Below, piece by piece: positions 22,466-35,668 of a DNA stretch of 40,025 nt. Origin of the DNA: Octopus sinensis (lineage: Eukaryota); the NCBI RefSeq assembly GCF_006345805.1, contig NW_021835490.1, forward strand, positions 1 to 40,025, read 5' to 3'. The translations under genes and the position numbers were made by a program. The notes under the pieces were generated by a model, which did no database searches, was not told where the DNA came from, and saw only the letters and a program-made list of their open reading frames with translations. Numbering within the stretch: the first letter of the stretch is position 1; each line of letters starts with the position of its first letter.

Positions 22466-22784
22466 AATAGTGTGTGAGGGAAATTTGTCTATCATTTCTA
22501 GCAACCGTAACTACCACGCAAACCTTACACACATACAAGCATACACACGCGCACGCGCATATATATACAGAGAGAATGAAAGAAAGAGAGAGAGAGAGAG
22601 AGAGCGAGAGCAATCGAGAGCAAAAATAAGACAGATAGATAGACATACAAAAGACAGTAATATTGGATTTTTGGGTGATCGGTTTGTTATTTCTAATATG
22701 GCTGATAACCATGTTGTATAACAGCTTATCCTTAGTTAGTTCATGCGTATATATATATATATATATATATATAATTTGTTTAAT

Positions 22785-22990
22785 TCTTTATTGCCCACAA
22801 GGGACTAAACATACAGGGGACAAACAATGACAGACAAAGGGCTAAGTCGATTACATCGACTCCAGTGCGTTACTGGTACTTAATTTATCGACCCCGAAAG
22901 GATGAAAGGCAGAGTCGACCTCGGCGGAATTTGAACTCAGAACGTAATGTTAGACGAAACCCACTAAGCATTTCGCCTGGCGTACTAAAG
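22785..22990 (-). mobile_element. S1 SINE
   Basis: Reverse complement of the S1 consensus seen at 27053-27273. Confidence 0.85.
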
Positions 22991-23084
22991 ATTCTATCAT
23001 ACATGCATGAGACAGTAGGGTCTGCACGAGGGAGAGACGGCTGCTATTTCTAGGAGGCCTAACTACTATTTAATTCTTTGTTGG

Positions 23085-24540
23085 TTTATGCATGCATACA
23101 TACATACATACATACATACATACATAATACATACATACATACATACATACATACATAATACATACATAATACATACATACATACGTACATAGAAACTTAT
23201 ATGTATGGATGTGTGTATGGCGTATGTATAAAAATTGTGGTTTGAAGGCAATTTGGCTGCTGTTTCTTGCAGGCTAGTCGAACCGTTAGCGGTTTTCTCA
23301 TTGCAATTCATATCGGTTACGGCGGCGGTGATGATGTTAGAGGTGGTGGCCACGGTGCTAGAGACGCTACTACTACAGAGAGCTGCTTATGGTAAAATCA
23401 CGAAATCACGTGCATCGCGATTCTTCAAAAGCAAAAACAAACAAAAGCGAAATAAAATAAGCAAATAAATTTATAAAGCAACACCCACGCACTTACGCAT
23501 TCGCACGCAGACACACACACACACACACGCACGCAAACACACACGCACGCACTCACACACGTGTGCGCACACGCACTCGCATGCACGTACATACTTAAAG
23601 AGAGATGATAATACACACATACACATACAGATTAGCATTAAGCATATACACACACATGTGCAGACGTATTCTACATACTGAACGCAAACTAATGGTCATG
23701 CACACACACACACGCACACACGCACACACACACACACACACATATTTACTCACGGAGACACACACCTACATGTACACGTGCACACGCACACGCACATATA
23801 CACCCACACATAGACATACTTACACACGCAGACATACACCCACGTGTACGCATGCATACACACACGTACATACACACACATACACTCATATAAATATACA
23901 TACACACTTACACACGCACTCACACATGCATATACGCACATGCAAACGCAGGCACACACATACACATAATACACACATACACACACGCACAAACACATAC
24001 ACACGTATATATACACATACACACGCGGAAACATACACATGCATACATGTGTGAACACACACATACACACACAGACACATGTAAACATACATTCATACAG
24101 AAGCATACACACATACAGGCGCATATAGAAACACATGTACATACACAAATATACGCATACATACATACATGCATACACACATACATACATACATACACAT
24201 GTATACACTCCTATATGCATATCTATATATAAACGCATCTATATAAACCACATGCGCATATATACACACCCACACATACTCTCAAACATATACATATGCT
24301 CATATACGCATACACACACACGCATACATACGCACACACAAGTACACAAACGTACACGTATGTGCATACGTTAACGTACACATATACACACACATACATG
24401 CACACATATACGCACACATCCATATACACGCACAGAGAGAAACACAAACGCACACACATACGCACGTACGCACACACACGCACGTACCCACACACACGCA
24501 CGTATGTACACACGTCCACACACACACACACACATACACA
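23085..24540. repeat. Long degenerate (CA)/(TACA)-rich low-complexity tract
   Basis: Direct inspection; source of many H/T-rich and C/V-rich spurious ORFs. Confidence 0.9.
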
Positions 24541-24727
24541 TCTACATAACAACAACGACAACGATAGCAAAAACAAAAGCCACACCCACAAAGTAGTACA
24601 AAGTTCACACCCACACACATAGACACCCACACACAGATCTCCCCCCCCCCTACATACACACCGGTCTGATAAATGTACATTGCAGCACGTGCTGAGATGC
24701 GTGAGTTCGAATGCAGGCACTTCTGCA

Positions 24728-24768
<41 letters not shown>

Positions 24769-25109
24769 ATGAATACGAGGCAGTGTCTGCGTGGTCGCTA
24801 GTTTCGTAGTAGAAATAGCAGCCAAGTTCCCGCTACAACTACACCGTAAAGGATGGTTGTCGTAGGTGAGAATGACTAGTTCTGTACTTATTGACTGAAT
24901 AAATGTCGTGATGGTCATGGACGGACTGACAGAACACATTGGTCATAACACCATGTTTGGTCAGGGAGAAGACCTGGAGCGTTACCATCGTCAGCAGTAG
25001 CAGCGGCAGCAGCAGCACCATTAGCAGCACCAAAACCACCAGTACCAGCACCAGCACCACCACCACCACGACCATCACTACTATTACTTACAGAATGATA
25101 CTAATAGCT

Positions 25110-25290
25110 ATTTCTTTACTACCCACAAGGGGCTAAACATAGAGGGGACAAACAAGGACAGCCAAACGGATTAAATCGATTAAATCGACCCCAGTACGTA
25201 ACTGGTACTTAATTTATCGTCCCCGAAAGGATGAAAAGCAAAGTCGACCCCGGCAGAATTAGAACTCAGAACGTAGCGGCAGACGAAGAA
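25110..25290 (-). mobile_element. S1 SINE, 5'-truncated
   Basis: S1 body; possible ~11-bp TSD ATACTAATAGC / ATACTAATGGC. Confidence 0.8.
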
Positions 25291-25829
25291 TTATACTAAT
25301 GGCATTATTGGGTTAGCTGAATAACGTAAGAATATTTAGCTACGACCCTTTCAGTTCTGAGTTCAAATCCTACCATAGTCGATTTTGTATTTCATCCTTC
25401 CAAGGATTATACCATTAAGCATTCGCGTAGTGTGTTTCTCTTATAACCAGACTGATGTCTTCTATCAAACTCATAAGCCTTGAACTTCTGTAACGAATTA
25501 TTTAAGTTGGCAGAAGCGCTGGGCGTTGGGAAAATCATGCTTACCGTTTCTCCATTCATCTTTCAAATCTTTCCCTGGTCAAATTTGTTTCATCCCGCCA
25601 AGGCCCGTAGCTGTGTGGTAAGAAGTTTACTTCTTAACCACATGGTTCCGAGTTCACTCCCACTGCGTAGCACCTTGAGCAAGTGTCTTCTACTATAGTT
25701 TTGGACTGACCTTACGATATGATTTCAAATCTCGCCAAGGTCAAATTTAACTTTCACCCTGTTGGGGCCGGGATAATACGATAGTAGCAGACACTAACAG
25801 TGGTATATGCCATCAATTTGCTCTCCTCT

Positions 25830-26040
25830 CCCATCAAAATACCTGGGCTTGGGCCTGAAATTCGAGGCAGGAGGGTGTAGGTCGATTACACGAACCCCAG
25901 TGTTTGACAGGCACTTGTCATATCGACCCCAAAAGGGATACAAAACAAAATGACGTCGGCGAAAATTGAATTCAGAACGTAAAGCCGAAAGAATGGCTGC
26001 CAAGCCTTTTGAGCGGCATGCTAACGATTGTGCCAGATTC
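25830..26040 (-). mobile_element. Old S1-related SINE
   Basis: Diverged core and head (GCTAACGATTGTGCCAGATTCGC). Confidence 0.6.
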
Positions 26041-26564
26041 GCTGCTTTTGTGTGTGTGTTTGTTTGTGTGTGTCTGTATGTGTGTGTATATTAAATGTTA
26101 TATGCTTATTCATGTATAGAGTACAACGTTTCCTTCCCTTCCACATAGCTTTATTTTATAGGGTTATGCCCCGACATCCTCCCCGTTTTATAATACGTAA
26201 CAAGTTAATATATTGAATAAATCAACCTGATCTAGAAGTGCCTTTTCAACGTAGGGAAAAAAGTGTCTTGGGTGATATTCTTTCCCCTCTTTTCCCCCCT
26301 CCCCACCATCCAAACACACACAACTGACCTCTTGAGTTCAGTTCCATCAAGACTAGTGAGTTAGCAGACTTCGATAAAGTGTCAGAAAATGAGTCTTTTG
26401 CTATTTTGTTACGTCACGAATTCATATCCTGCTGATGTGAACTTTGCATTTTATTCCTTCGAGGTTGGTAAAATAAAGAACCAGATTGTGACCGAGGTTG
26501 ACCGTCGCAGATTACTTTACTGCTCAAAATTGCTGCCCCTTCTGCACCAAAAGTAAAGCATCGA

Positions 26565-26614
<50 letters not shown>

Positions 26615-27052
26615 ATACTACTACTACTAATACTACTACTATTATTATTATTATTATTATTGTTATTGAGAGAGCATTGCATGTCATCTATGTAACACTG
26701 GGATACAATTATACGATGCCCAGTGTACCTATTATGAGTCATTCCTGGAACTCCAACAGAATAAAGCGGTTGACATGTTACCGGCCGCCTTGCTCGACAT
26801 GTAGAGAACTGAATTTCTCACAACATTTCAGACGTTAAGGTCTTCGTTTGACTCACGGCAGCAATCCATTGACAAGACGGTCTTGCAAGAGCCGACACTG
26901 TTCGCTACGCTCCATGGAATCTCTGCTGATGCTGCAGCTTCGCCACATGGTGCCTAGCATTAGCCACGTGGCCTCTGTGCCGGTAGAGTCTTTGTTAAGT
27001 GGACTGAATTCCTTCTCCGGGGGAGAGAAAGAACAGGTATTCTAATCTATTC

Positions 27053-27273
27053 AAAAGCGGTGAGCTGGCAGAAACGTTAGCACGCCGGGCGAAATACGTA
27101 GCCGGTACGTTCTGAGTTCAAATTCCACCGTTGTCGACTTTGCCTTTCATCCTTTCGGGGTCGATAAATTAAGTACCAGTTAAGCACTGGGATCGATATA
27201 ATCGACTTAATTCCTTTGCCTGTCCTTGTTTGTCCTCTCTGTGTTTAGCCCCTTGTGGGTAGTAAAGAAATAT
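27053..27273 (+). mobile_element. Full-length S1 SINE with 16-bp target-site duplication
   Basis: GTATTCTAATCTATTC (27037-27052) and GTATCCTAATCTATTC (27274-27289) flank the element. Confidence 0.85.
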
Positions 27274-27558
27274 GTATCCTAATCTATTCGTTTAAAACCT
27301 CGAGGCGAGCGCAACAGTCAATTTGTAAATTAAAGGCGAAGTATATATTCACCACACCAGTCTGATGTTTCAGGAATACGCCTTTTTTTTAGCCCATTTT
27401 TACTCATAACCTTGTTCTAAATTCTCTCCTGCTTCAGTTCTATCGCATATCATAACAGGACATCTTAAGCGCACTGATTTATTGTGGCTAATACGTGTTT
27501 CCATCTAGTTTCACTTCGCATTTATTCATTTTGATATCAATCATTTCGGTTTGGATAG

Positions 27559-27741
27559 CTTCTGATATATTCAGTTTATTTTGAGAGTGCTATCCAGAGT
27601 CAAAGCCATATCAATAATTCGATATTTAGTCTGGATCGAGAAGATGCCATTGTGTATTGTAGCGATCCAGACTCTGAAAACGGGGGACCAAAAACAGCTG
27701 CACAAAGGACGGCTGCCAATTACCGAATGTCGACGTTTTGA
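27559..27741 (+). CDS. Candidate terminal exon, unknown protein (LLIYSVYFESAIQSQSHINNSIFSLDREDAIVYCSDPDSENGGPKTAAQRTAANYRMSTF*)
   Basis: AG acceptor at 27557-27558, 60 open codons of normal composition in non-repetitive DNA; no family recognised. Confidence 0.25.
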   Translation, partial: LLIYSVYFESAIQSQSHINNSIFSLDREDAIVYCSDPDSENGGPKTAAQRTAANYRMSTF

Positions 27742-27759
27742 AGTCGGAAAGAGGAAGAA

Positions 27760-28740
27760 GAAAACGGAAGAGAGAAAATAATTTAACCCAGAAGACAGAG
27801 AATGACAGAAGGCAAGAAATAAATGAGAACTGACGATTGAAGGAGAAAATATGAGAAACTGAGATATAAAGATGGAAGGCAAAAGAATTGCGAGAGAAAA
27901 GAGAAGAGGAAAGGAAGAGAGACGAATAAAAAAAAAAGAAGGGAATATGAAGAAATAAAATATAATAAATAAAAAGGCAAACGGAAGAGAAGACATGTCA
28001 GATGACAAAAGAATAAAAACGAGAGGAGAGAATGACAAAGCAGACGACAGATAAATGCAGAAGAAAATGGAGAAATAAGAGCGAAAGAGGGGGAAAAAGG
28101 GGAGACAGACAATGAGAGGATAAGGAGGAAGTGGAGGAGAAAAGAGAGATGCAAAGGAAAAGAAAAAAACTGACAGGAGATGGAAGATAGAAAAATATGG
28201 AGAAAAACAGATAACAGATAAAGAAAGACGTAAGAAAACAGATATCAGATGACAGATGACACAAAAAGATACAAGCGAACGGATAACAGATGATAGAGTA
28301 CAGATACAACACACAGGCACACACGTGTACACACACACACTAACACTTACGTATACGCACGTACACACACATACACACTCAGACACATGTACACGTGTAT
28401 TACACTGGAGAAAACGATGACAGAAACCAAAATTAAGGAGAAAACATGAGGTGAGAAAAACCTGAGAAGATTGATGAAGTTTTAAGAAAAGTGAGGAATC
28501 CTAAAAGAAAAACAAAAAAATGGAAACAGTATCTCGAAGGAAGAAGTAGAAAAATATTAAGAAGAAGGGTTTAAAAGAGTAAAAAAAGAGGAGACGAAAA
28601 GAAGAAAATCTGGGGAGAGAAAAGATGGAGACAGAGAGAAGATAAAACAGAAAAATGAGCTTAAGAAAACTGGCAGTTATTGGTAAATGAAGATGTGTGA
28701 AGAACAGTAAAATATGTCGGGTTTGAAGGAGAAAACCGGA
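27760..28740. repeat. Purine-rich (GA-rich) low-complexity tract
   Basis: Direct inspection; source of the spurious F/S/L-rich minus ORFs. Confidence 0.85.
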
Positions 28741-29134
28741 TTTCTTGAGTAAAAATAAACTCTCAGATATCGTCAAGTGTATTTTTTGACTTGTATTGAA
28801 TTTATGACCCAAAAGATTTTATGTCACGTGTTGTTTATCATTGCTTAGTTTCCAGAGTTCAGTGTGTCCTACAGGCTTAAGTAAACCCGGAGCTATATTA
28901 CGGCTTCCGTACGGTTTCTGTATACGAAATACCATTGACAAGCCGCCGGTGAAACTAACATGATATCAAACCTATAGTAAAAGTAACGTGACTAAGCTGG
29001 ATCAGCGAGGCAGAATCTATTTCCAAGCCACGTATCTGCATAAAGGAATTTTCTAAATTTCCCAAATAATTCTGTCATTTTACTTAACGAAGAAGAGAAA
29101 TCGAAAAGATTTTTAAAGGCACATTCATAGAATG

Positions 29135-29685
29135 AGGGAGCAGTGCATGCCATCAAAGTGACACTGGGGTAAAATATACGAAGCCCAGTATACCCATCAT
29201 GACAACCCGTCTGATAAGGGTACACTAGGCACATGCATCACAACAAAATGTGCAGGACATGGTGATCTCATATCAAGATAAACAGCACATGACCTTGACG
29301 GTGGGGCCCAGTTAGAATTTTCTTCTGGTCGAGTAGCCCATCCCACTCAAAAGGTCCCTGAATAAGGATTGTTTAAGGATGTTGAACGAAACACCCATAT
29401 TTCCAAAGGTGAATTATCCAAACCTCCAAGAATTCCTTTCAAAACATGGCCATGATGCTCCCCCACTACTTCTGCTCGTGATCAGAGATGCACATATCGT
29501 CAGCCACTAATGGACATGCTCAACTGGTTAAGGTCAAACAACTGACAAGCAAATCTGTGGTATTGAGCAGAATATTTGCTGTAGCCCATCTTTTATACCA
29601 AGGCAAAACAATGTACATGATAACACTTCCAATCAGTTAAGATCAGAAGTCATGAGAGCCACTGTCTGGTACTGCATCAGGGCAG
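29135..29685. repeat. Probable interspersed repeat (unclassified)
   Basis: Non-coding ~550-bp block that I recognise as a common Octopus dispersed repeat. It has only one copy in this window, so support from the window itself is weak. Confidence 0.35.
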
Positions 29686-29689
29686 TACC

Positions 29690-30100
29690 AGACAGTATCG
29701 CAGTGTCGTCCAGACTATCAGATGCTGTCATACAACGCTGCTCACAATGCACTTCCAGTTCTGTCTTGATTGCGCCATTTCTCCACCTTCACCCAAATGG
29801 CTTAACGAAATCGTCATGTCATCGTCGTACAAGCCTTTCACGTGGCATTTTCCGATCTCTTGGATAGTACTCGGCAATGTCCACCTGTTGTCTGTAGACC
29901 TTGCGACATGTTCGGTCCATCAGAACTTCGTCTTGTGGTATTCTGCAATTACATCGTTCACCCGGCTCCGTTATCGAATGAACCCATTTCGAATACGCTC
30001 CCGTAAGGATATTCCTAGCATGGACATTTCCACGGCCCTCTGCGACGTAGCCAATCGATGTATTAGCCTCTTTGTTGTAGCACCTTTTTCCAAGAGGTAA
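29690..30100 (-). mobile_element. RTE-clade LINE 3' end
   Basis: Minus translation TKRLIHRLATSQRAVEMSMLGISLRERIRNGFIR*RSRVNDVI..K..WTEHVARSTDNRW..YPRDRK.PR.R..RR.DD, the RTE C-terminal pattern. Confidence 0.8.
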
Positions 30101-30155
30101 TTAAGGTATTGTTGCATAACACAGGTAAGATAAAAGTACACGTTAATTTTGCTGC

Positions 30156-30184
<29 letters not shown>

Positions 30185-30186
<2 letters not shown>

Positions 30187-30390
30187 AAGCAACAAGGCGG
30201 GTAAGGGTGATTAGGTGATGGTCTAGGGCTTAGGGACGGGAGACCCCAGACCTTGGAAAAAAAACTTTGGTCGTCTTGTTGTAGTCGAGGGCTCTTCGTT
30301 GACGCCCGACACTAATGGGAGGTGGCCCTCAAAGTCACTGGAAATGGAGATCTCCAAGTCCAAATTCTTGAACGGCTGCTGGTGGTGTTG
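30185..30390. repeat. Unclassified ~205-bp dispersed repeat, copy 2
   Basis: High identity to 13095-13305; abuts (GTT)n. Confidence 0.85.
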
Positions 30391-30790
30391 GCTGCGTGGA
30401 TAAGAAGTTCACTTTGAAACCACGTGATTTTGAGTTCAGTACAACTGCGCGGTACCGTGGGTAAACGTCTTTTAGTGAAACCTCGATTTGGTCAACGATT
30501 TCTGAGTAAATTTGATAGATTGAAACTGTGTGGAAGCCGGTTGGATGTATGTATATATCTATATTGTCTCTGTAAGTTTGTGTGTTTATCTTAGTCTTCT
30601 AGACAACCGGTGCTGGTTTGATTACGGTCTTGTAATCTAGCTGCACAGCGAAAGAAACCGATTAAATAAGTTCCAGACTTTTAAAATAATCACTTAGGTG
30701 GATTTGTTTGAATAAATCCTCGAAGGCGGTGCCCCAGTATGGCCACAGTTCAACAGCTGAAACAAATGACACTTCAAAGATAAAAGAATG
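30388..30790 (+). mobile_element. Old S2-related SINE
   Basis: Diverged head, GACAACCGGTGCTGG, GGCGGTGCCCCAGTATGGCCACAG. Confidence 0.65.
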
Positions 30791-31429
30791 TTGCTTGAAA
30801 CCAAAATGTATCTCTTCTGTCCATGGCCATCTCGTTTGACTTTTGCGATGTACAGAGCATGTTGAGTCAAGACATGCATCATACATCGAAGGTAGCCTAC
30901 CGTATCAAACGCGTAGAAAGCGTGAATTTTAGAGATACATCGCTGCTATTTCTAGCAAATTCTACGACCATCAGTTCGATCATTCGTTGGTCTGCCGCCT
31001 TCAGATTTTGTTCAATGAGGACAACAAGGACGAGGAAGAGGTCAAAGGAAGGAGAGCAAACTGAAGACAAAGGTCGTTGGATTGTTTCTATACTAAAATC
31101 TGAATAATCTTCACATTCTGTTTAATGCCACAGATGCACATTTTACTAAAGCCCTGCTAAACTTATACATACAGAGGCACACACACACAAACAGCAATGC
31201 GCACACACACACATACGTACGCGCACTGTGACGCACTAGAAACAAATGCACGTAAAACCGTAGTAAGACGAACGCACGCGTACGCACAGACACACAGACA
31301 AACACACACACACACACACACGCGTATACACGCAGGCACACGCCATCAATTTTTGCAAATCTTCTGTCTTAGATCTGTTGAGCGTTTAATTGATTTCCTG
31401 TCATGCCGTAAGAGTGTTTCTTTCCTTAA

Positions 31430-31692
31430 ATTAAGTGTGTGTATGTGCATATATGCCTCTACGTGTACGTGCGTGTGCATGTATGTATGTGCGTGTGTGT
31501 GTGTGTGTGGCAGCATGTAAGAGCATATGTGCGCGTGTGTATGTGTCTATGTGTATTGGAGGGGAGGATAAGATTGCGCGTGCGCTCGTGTGTGTGTGTG
31601 TGCCTTTCAGCTTCCATACGATTTGTACAATGAGTGCAAGAAGATGAGTGTATATATATGCATATAATGATATACATACATGTATACATACG

Positions 31693-31731
<39 letters not shown>

Positions 31732-31761
31732 TATATATATATACATACATGCATGCATACG

Positions 31762-31811
<50 letters not shown>

Positions 31812-31975
31812 TATATATATAGTGATATATACATGTCTATACATATTTCATATATGTAATATAAATATGTGTATGTGTATATATATATATATATACATAT
31901 TAAATATATACAACATAAATATGTATATTTATATATATGTATATTTGTATATATATGTACATATATATATATGTG

Positions 31976-32016
<41 letters not shown>

Positions 32017-32065
32017 CACACACACATTATATATATATATATGTTTGTATATGTGTATATATATA
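31430..32065. repeat. (GT)/(TA) compound microsatellite
   Basis: Direct inspection. Confidence 0.9.
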
Positions 32066-33277
32066 TTCGTTTATTCTTTTATTCTTCTACATGTTTTAGT
32101 TATTTCCTTGCGGCTTTGCTGGAGCACCTCCTTTAATCGAACAAGTCAACTCCAGGACGTTTTCTTTGTACCTATTCTATCGGTGTTTCTTTGCCGAACC
32201 GCTATGTGTCAAGCAGTCGTAGGGGCACAAAAATAGACACCCAAATACATACATTCAGGTATACACACACACACAAACACACACACACACACACACACAT
32301 ACACACACATATATATGTATCTATATCAATTGAATAAAGTTAAAACGTGGTCTTTTTTACGGTTTATATATATATATATCCAACAGCATTGCTAAATTGT
32401 TAAATCTTTTGTGAAAACGCATATATAGATACGCTAATCTCGAACGGTGAGAATGAGTGCTCAATACTGCATTGGTTGATAAACACTATTTATTGGTGGG
32501 TTAACCAATGGTTTCATACTCAGAAAAATGTTTTAACAATTATCAAGCCAAGCCTACTACGTGAGAACTCTGGTCCCCGTCTCCAATTTGCAGATGAGTG
32601 CCAAGGTTGGAATGTGACGAGGGTTGAAATTGTCACGAGATTCCGCCTACAAGACACCATTTGTAGCCTTATAATTCCATAAATGAAGTTTGTGCGTATA
32701 TATGTATTTAAACAAGTCAAGTAAACAAGGCAGTAAACCATTTTCACTCAATAACACCTGAGGTTTGGCGCCTCGATGTGTGTTTTTTTGGGGTTTTTTT
32801 TTTATTAAATCCTATGGCGATGATGGGATTTTGACGGGAACATGTGAAGGATGTCACTGGTAGTTCCTAACATGAATATTGCACATAAGTGGTGGAAGGT
32901 AGATGGCCGTTTTGCACAACATCCGCAGGTAAATGTGTGACTCGTGTCCTCCTTTCATAACAAAGCAGCCCTTCTTAGGATGACACTGCTTTCCTCTTCA
33001 TGGGGAGGGGTCTATAAAAAATGACCTAAACATTGCTTACTTGCTCTTGGGTGTCAGAAGGCTTAGGAATTGTTGAAGGTTATTTGCTGAACCCTCATTC
33101 ATCGTCTTCGATGAGAGAGTCAACCATTTGTATGTATATATATATATTTATATATATGGATATATATATATATATACATATATACATATGTATGTATATA
33201 TATATATTTATATATATACATATATACATATGTATGTATATATATATATTTATATATATGCATATATATAATATATA

Positions 33278-33308
<31 letters not shown>

Positions 33309-33350
33309 CATATATACATATGTATGTATATATATATATATTTACATATA

Positions 33351-33390
<40 letters not shown>

Positions 33391-33405
33391 CATATATATA
33401 TATAA

Positions 33406-33443
<38 letters not shown>

Positions 33444-33571
33444 TATATATATACATACATACATATATAAAGTTAATCCAAACAAGAAAACACAAAAAAA
33501 AACACAACAACGCAAGGACATGGAACAAATAAAGTATTATTGGACACTCAGGAAAGACGGGAAGAAGGAGG

Positions 33572-33606
33572 GTTTAACGTTTCGAGCAGAGCTCTTCGTC
33601 GGAAAC
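33572..33606 (-). ncRNA. Minimal hammerhead motif with CCGACGA core (family H5), unit 1
   Basis: Minus strand GTTT-CCGACGA-A-GAGC-tct-GCTC-GAA-ACGT-T-AAAC: 4-bp stem I, 4-bp stem II, palindromic stem III. Confidence 0.7.
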
Positions 33607-33711
33607 ATAGGAGAAAGAAAGATCCCGAGAAGGAAAGACAGAGGAAAAAATCGCCAGCGGTACTCACGAGGTCATATATATATATATATACACATACATA
33701 TATATATATAA

Positions 33712-33749
<38 letters not shown>

Positions 33750-33877
33750 TATATATATACATACATACATATATAAAGTTAATCCAAACAAGAAAACACA
33801 AAAAAAAACACAACAACGCAAGGACATGGAACAAATAAAGTATTATTGGACACTCAGGAAAGACGGGAAGAAGGAGG

Positions 33878-33912
33878 GTTTAACGTTTCGAGCAGAGCTC
33901 TTCGTCGGAAAC
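33878..33912 (-). ncRNA. Minimal hammerhead motif (H5), unit 2
   Basis: Identical to 33572-33606, offset 306 bp. Confidence 0.7.
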
Positions 33913-34359
33913 ATAGGAGAAAGAAAGATCCCGAGAAGGAAAGACAGAGGAAAAAATCGCCAGCGGTACTCACGAGGTCATATATATATATATATAGACA
34001 AATATTATGCATATATATATATACATACCCATATGTATGTATATTGCGAGTAGGTTAGACAACGGGCTGTCCAATTTTTCACCTGTAGATTATAGTCTTC
34101 CTACATCCCTTCACCCTCCCTCACTTGTTCGTTTCCCTCCCACTTCTTCAGCTTGTCATTGGTCACCTCCTTCCCTCATTCATTATTACCTTATATGGAG
34201 CTTTCTTTTTTCTTTTTCTTGTCTTTTGAATGTTATTCTTCTTTCTTAAACACTTCTACCAAAAGTCCCTCTCTGCGCATGTCAGCCTGTCGCCGCCACT
34301 TCCCTGTCTTTCTCTCGCTCATTCTTACTTTGTGCGAGTTCTCATTACGATCTTTTTCG

Positions 34360-34720
34360 CCATTATCATCGCCATCATCATCATCGTCATCATCATCCGC
34401 ATCATCCGCATCGTCAACGACCTTATCGTCGTCATCGTCGTCATCATACTTGCTGTCATCATCATCATCATCATCATCATCACCATCATCATCCCTATCA
34501 TCATCATCATCATCATCACCTTTATCATCATCGTTGTTGTCTTCTTCTTCTTCTTCCCCTTCTTCCTCTCCTCCCGTCCCCTCCTCTCCGTCGTCCGCTT
34601 TTCCCTCCTTTTCCTCCTAACTTTTCCCAAGATCATCCTTCCACCCCCACCGCCACCACCGCCCATACCACCGTTAGCAAAACACCCTTTCCTTCCCTCC
34701 TGCCCCTCCCCCATCCAACC
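34360..34720. repeat. (CAT)n and pyrimidine-rich tract
   Basis: Direct inspection. Confidence 0.9.
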
Positions 34721-35086
34721 CATGCTAATTTCTCTCTTTTTTGCGATTGCCTTAATTTTATGCCCCATTGAACGCTTCAATTAGAACCTGAAGGATTACA
34801 CTTTTCAAACCAGCCATTCGTGTTTCAATACCCACTCGAGGCACTAGAGAGAGCCCAGAGGTTTCATAATCAAAATCAGCCTCCCGCTCCCTGTAGATGC
34901 TCAGAGATTTGAAATATCGATTCATTTAAACGAGTTCGAGCCTACTTCACGTCCACGAACGAAAAATATGTAGGACACGAAGCCCCCACACCACACCACG
35001 CTCATACACCCCACCCACACATTCTCTTTCGTACATCCATGCACACACAAACATGCAACATGTATCAACATAAAAACTCACACACA

Positions 35087-35127
<41 letters not shown>

Positions 35128-35324
35128 CCTCACATGGATACACGCGACAGCCTGTTGTGTAGGTACATAGAACATTTACGTATACACTGGTGTGTGTATG
35201 TGTGTGTAACTAAGTATGTGTGTGTATGTCTTCGTCTCTGTAAGTTTATATTCCCACACACATGCATGTAAAAATACACACGCTCACACATACAAGCATA
35301 CATACATACATACATACATACATA

Positions 35325-35465
35325 CATACGACGAGCTTACTCCACTTTCCGTCTGTCAAATCCACTCACAAGGATTTGGTAGCCCGAGACTATAACAGAA
35401 AACACTTGCCAAAGCTGCCACGCAGTGGGACTGAACCCGGAACCATGTGGTTGAGAAGCAAGACA
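35325..35465 (-). mobile_element. S2 SINE 5' half
   Basis: TTTCCGTCTGTCAAATCCACTCACAAGG..CGCAGTGGGACTGAACCCGGAACCATGTGGTTG matches 17212-17325. Confidence 0.75.
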
Positions 35466-35494
35466 CAGCCCACTCCTGCGTCTATATATATACC

Positions 35495-35668
35495 GGAGTA
35501 AACACATAAATGTGAAACAAGGTGGAAAAAAGAGTACTCAAATACCAGGGGTAGAGTAATTCAACAAAACCTGTTACTCGGAATTTTAACAAAACTGTCC
35601 GACGAACGGGAACGTGAAACTCCGAGTAACAGTTTTGCTGAATTTCTGCTGCTTTTAAATAAAGTATT
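35495..35668. mobile_element. PLE-like H6 element with an inverted copy of its own 3' half upstream
   Basis: 35558-35586 (AATTCAACAAAACCTGTTACTCGGAATTT) is the reverse complement of 35617-35644, the 3' half of the hammerhead. Confidence 0.6.
35590..35637 (+). ncRNA. Type I hammerhead motif with CCGACGA core (family H6)
   Basis: 9-bp perfect stem I CAAAACTGT/ACAGTTTTG; core CCGACGA 35599-35605; stem II ACG-ggaa-CGT; GAA; stem III ACTC-c-GAGT; GUA cleavage triplet, predicted cut 35628/35629. Confidence 0.75.

Larger units (their letters stand above)
33368..33996. repeat. Exact 306-bp tandem duplication
   Basis: Constant 306-bp offset in both the unique part (33572 vs 33878) and the interrupted AT tract (CACATAC at 33385 vs 33691). 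Confidence 0.9.
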
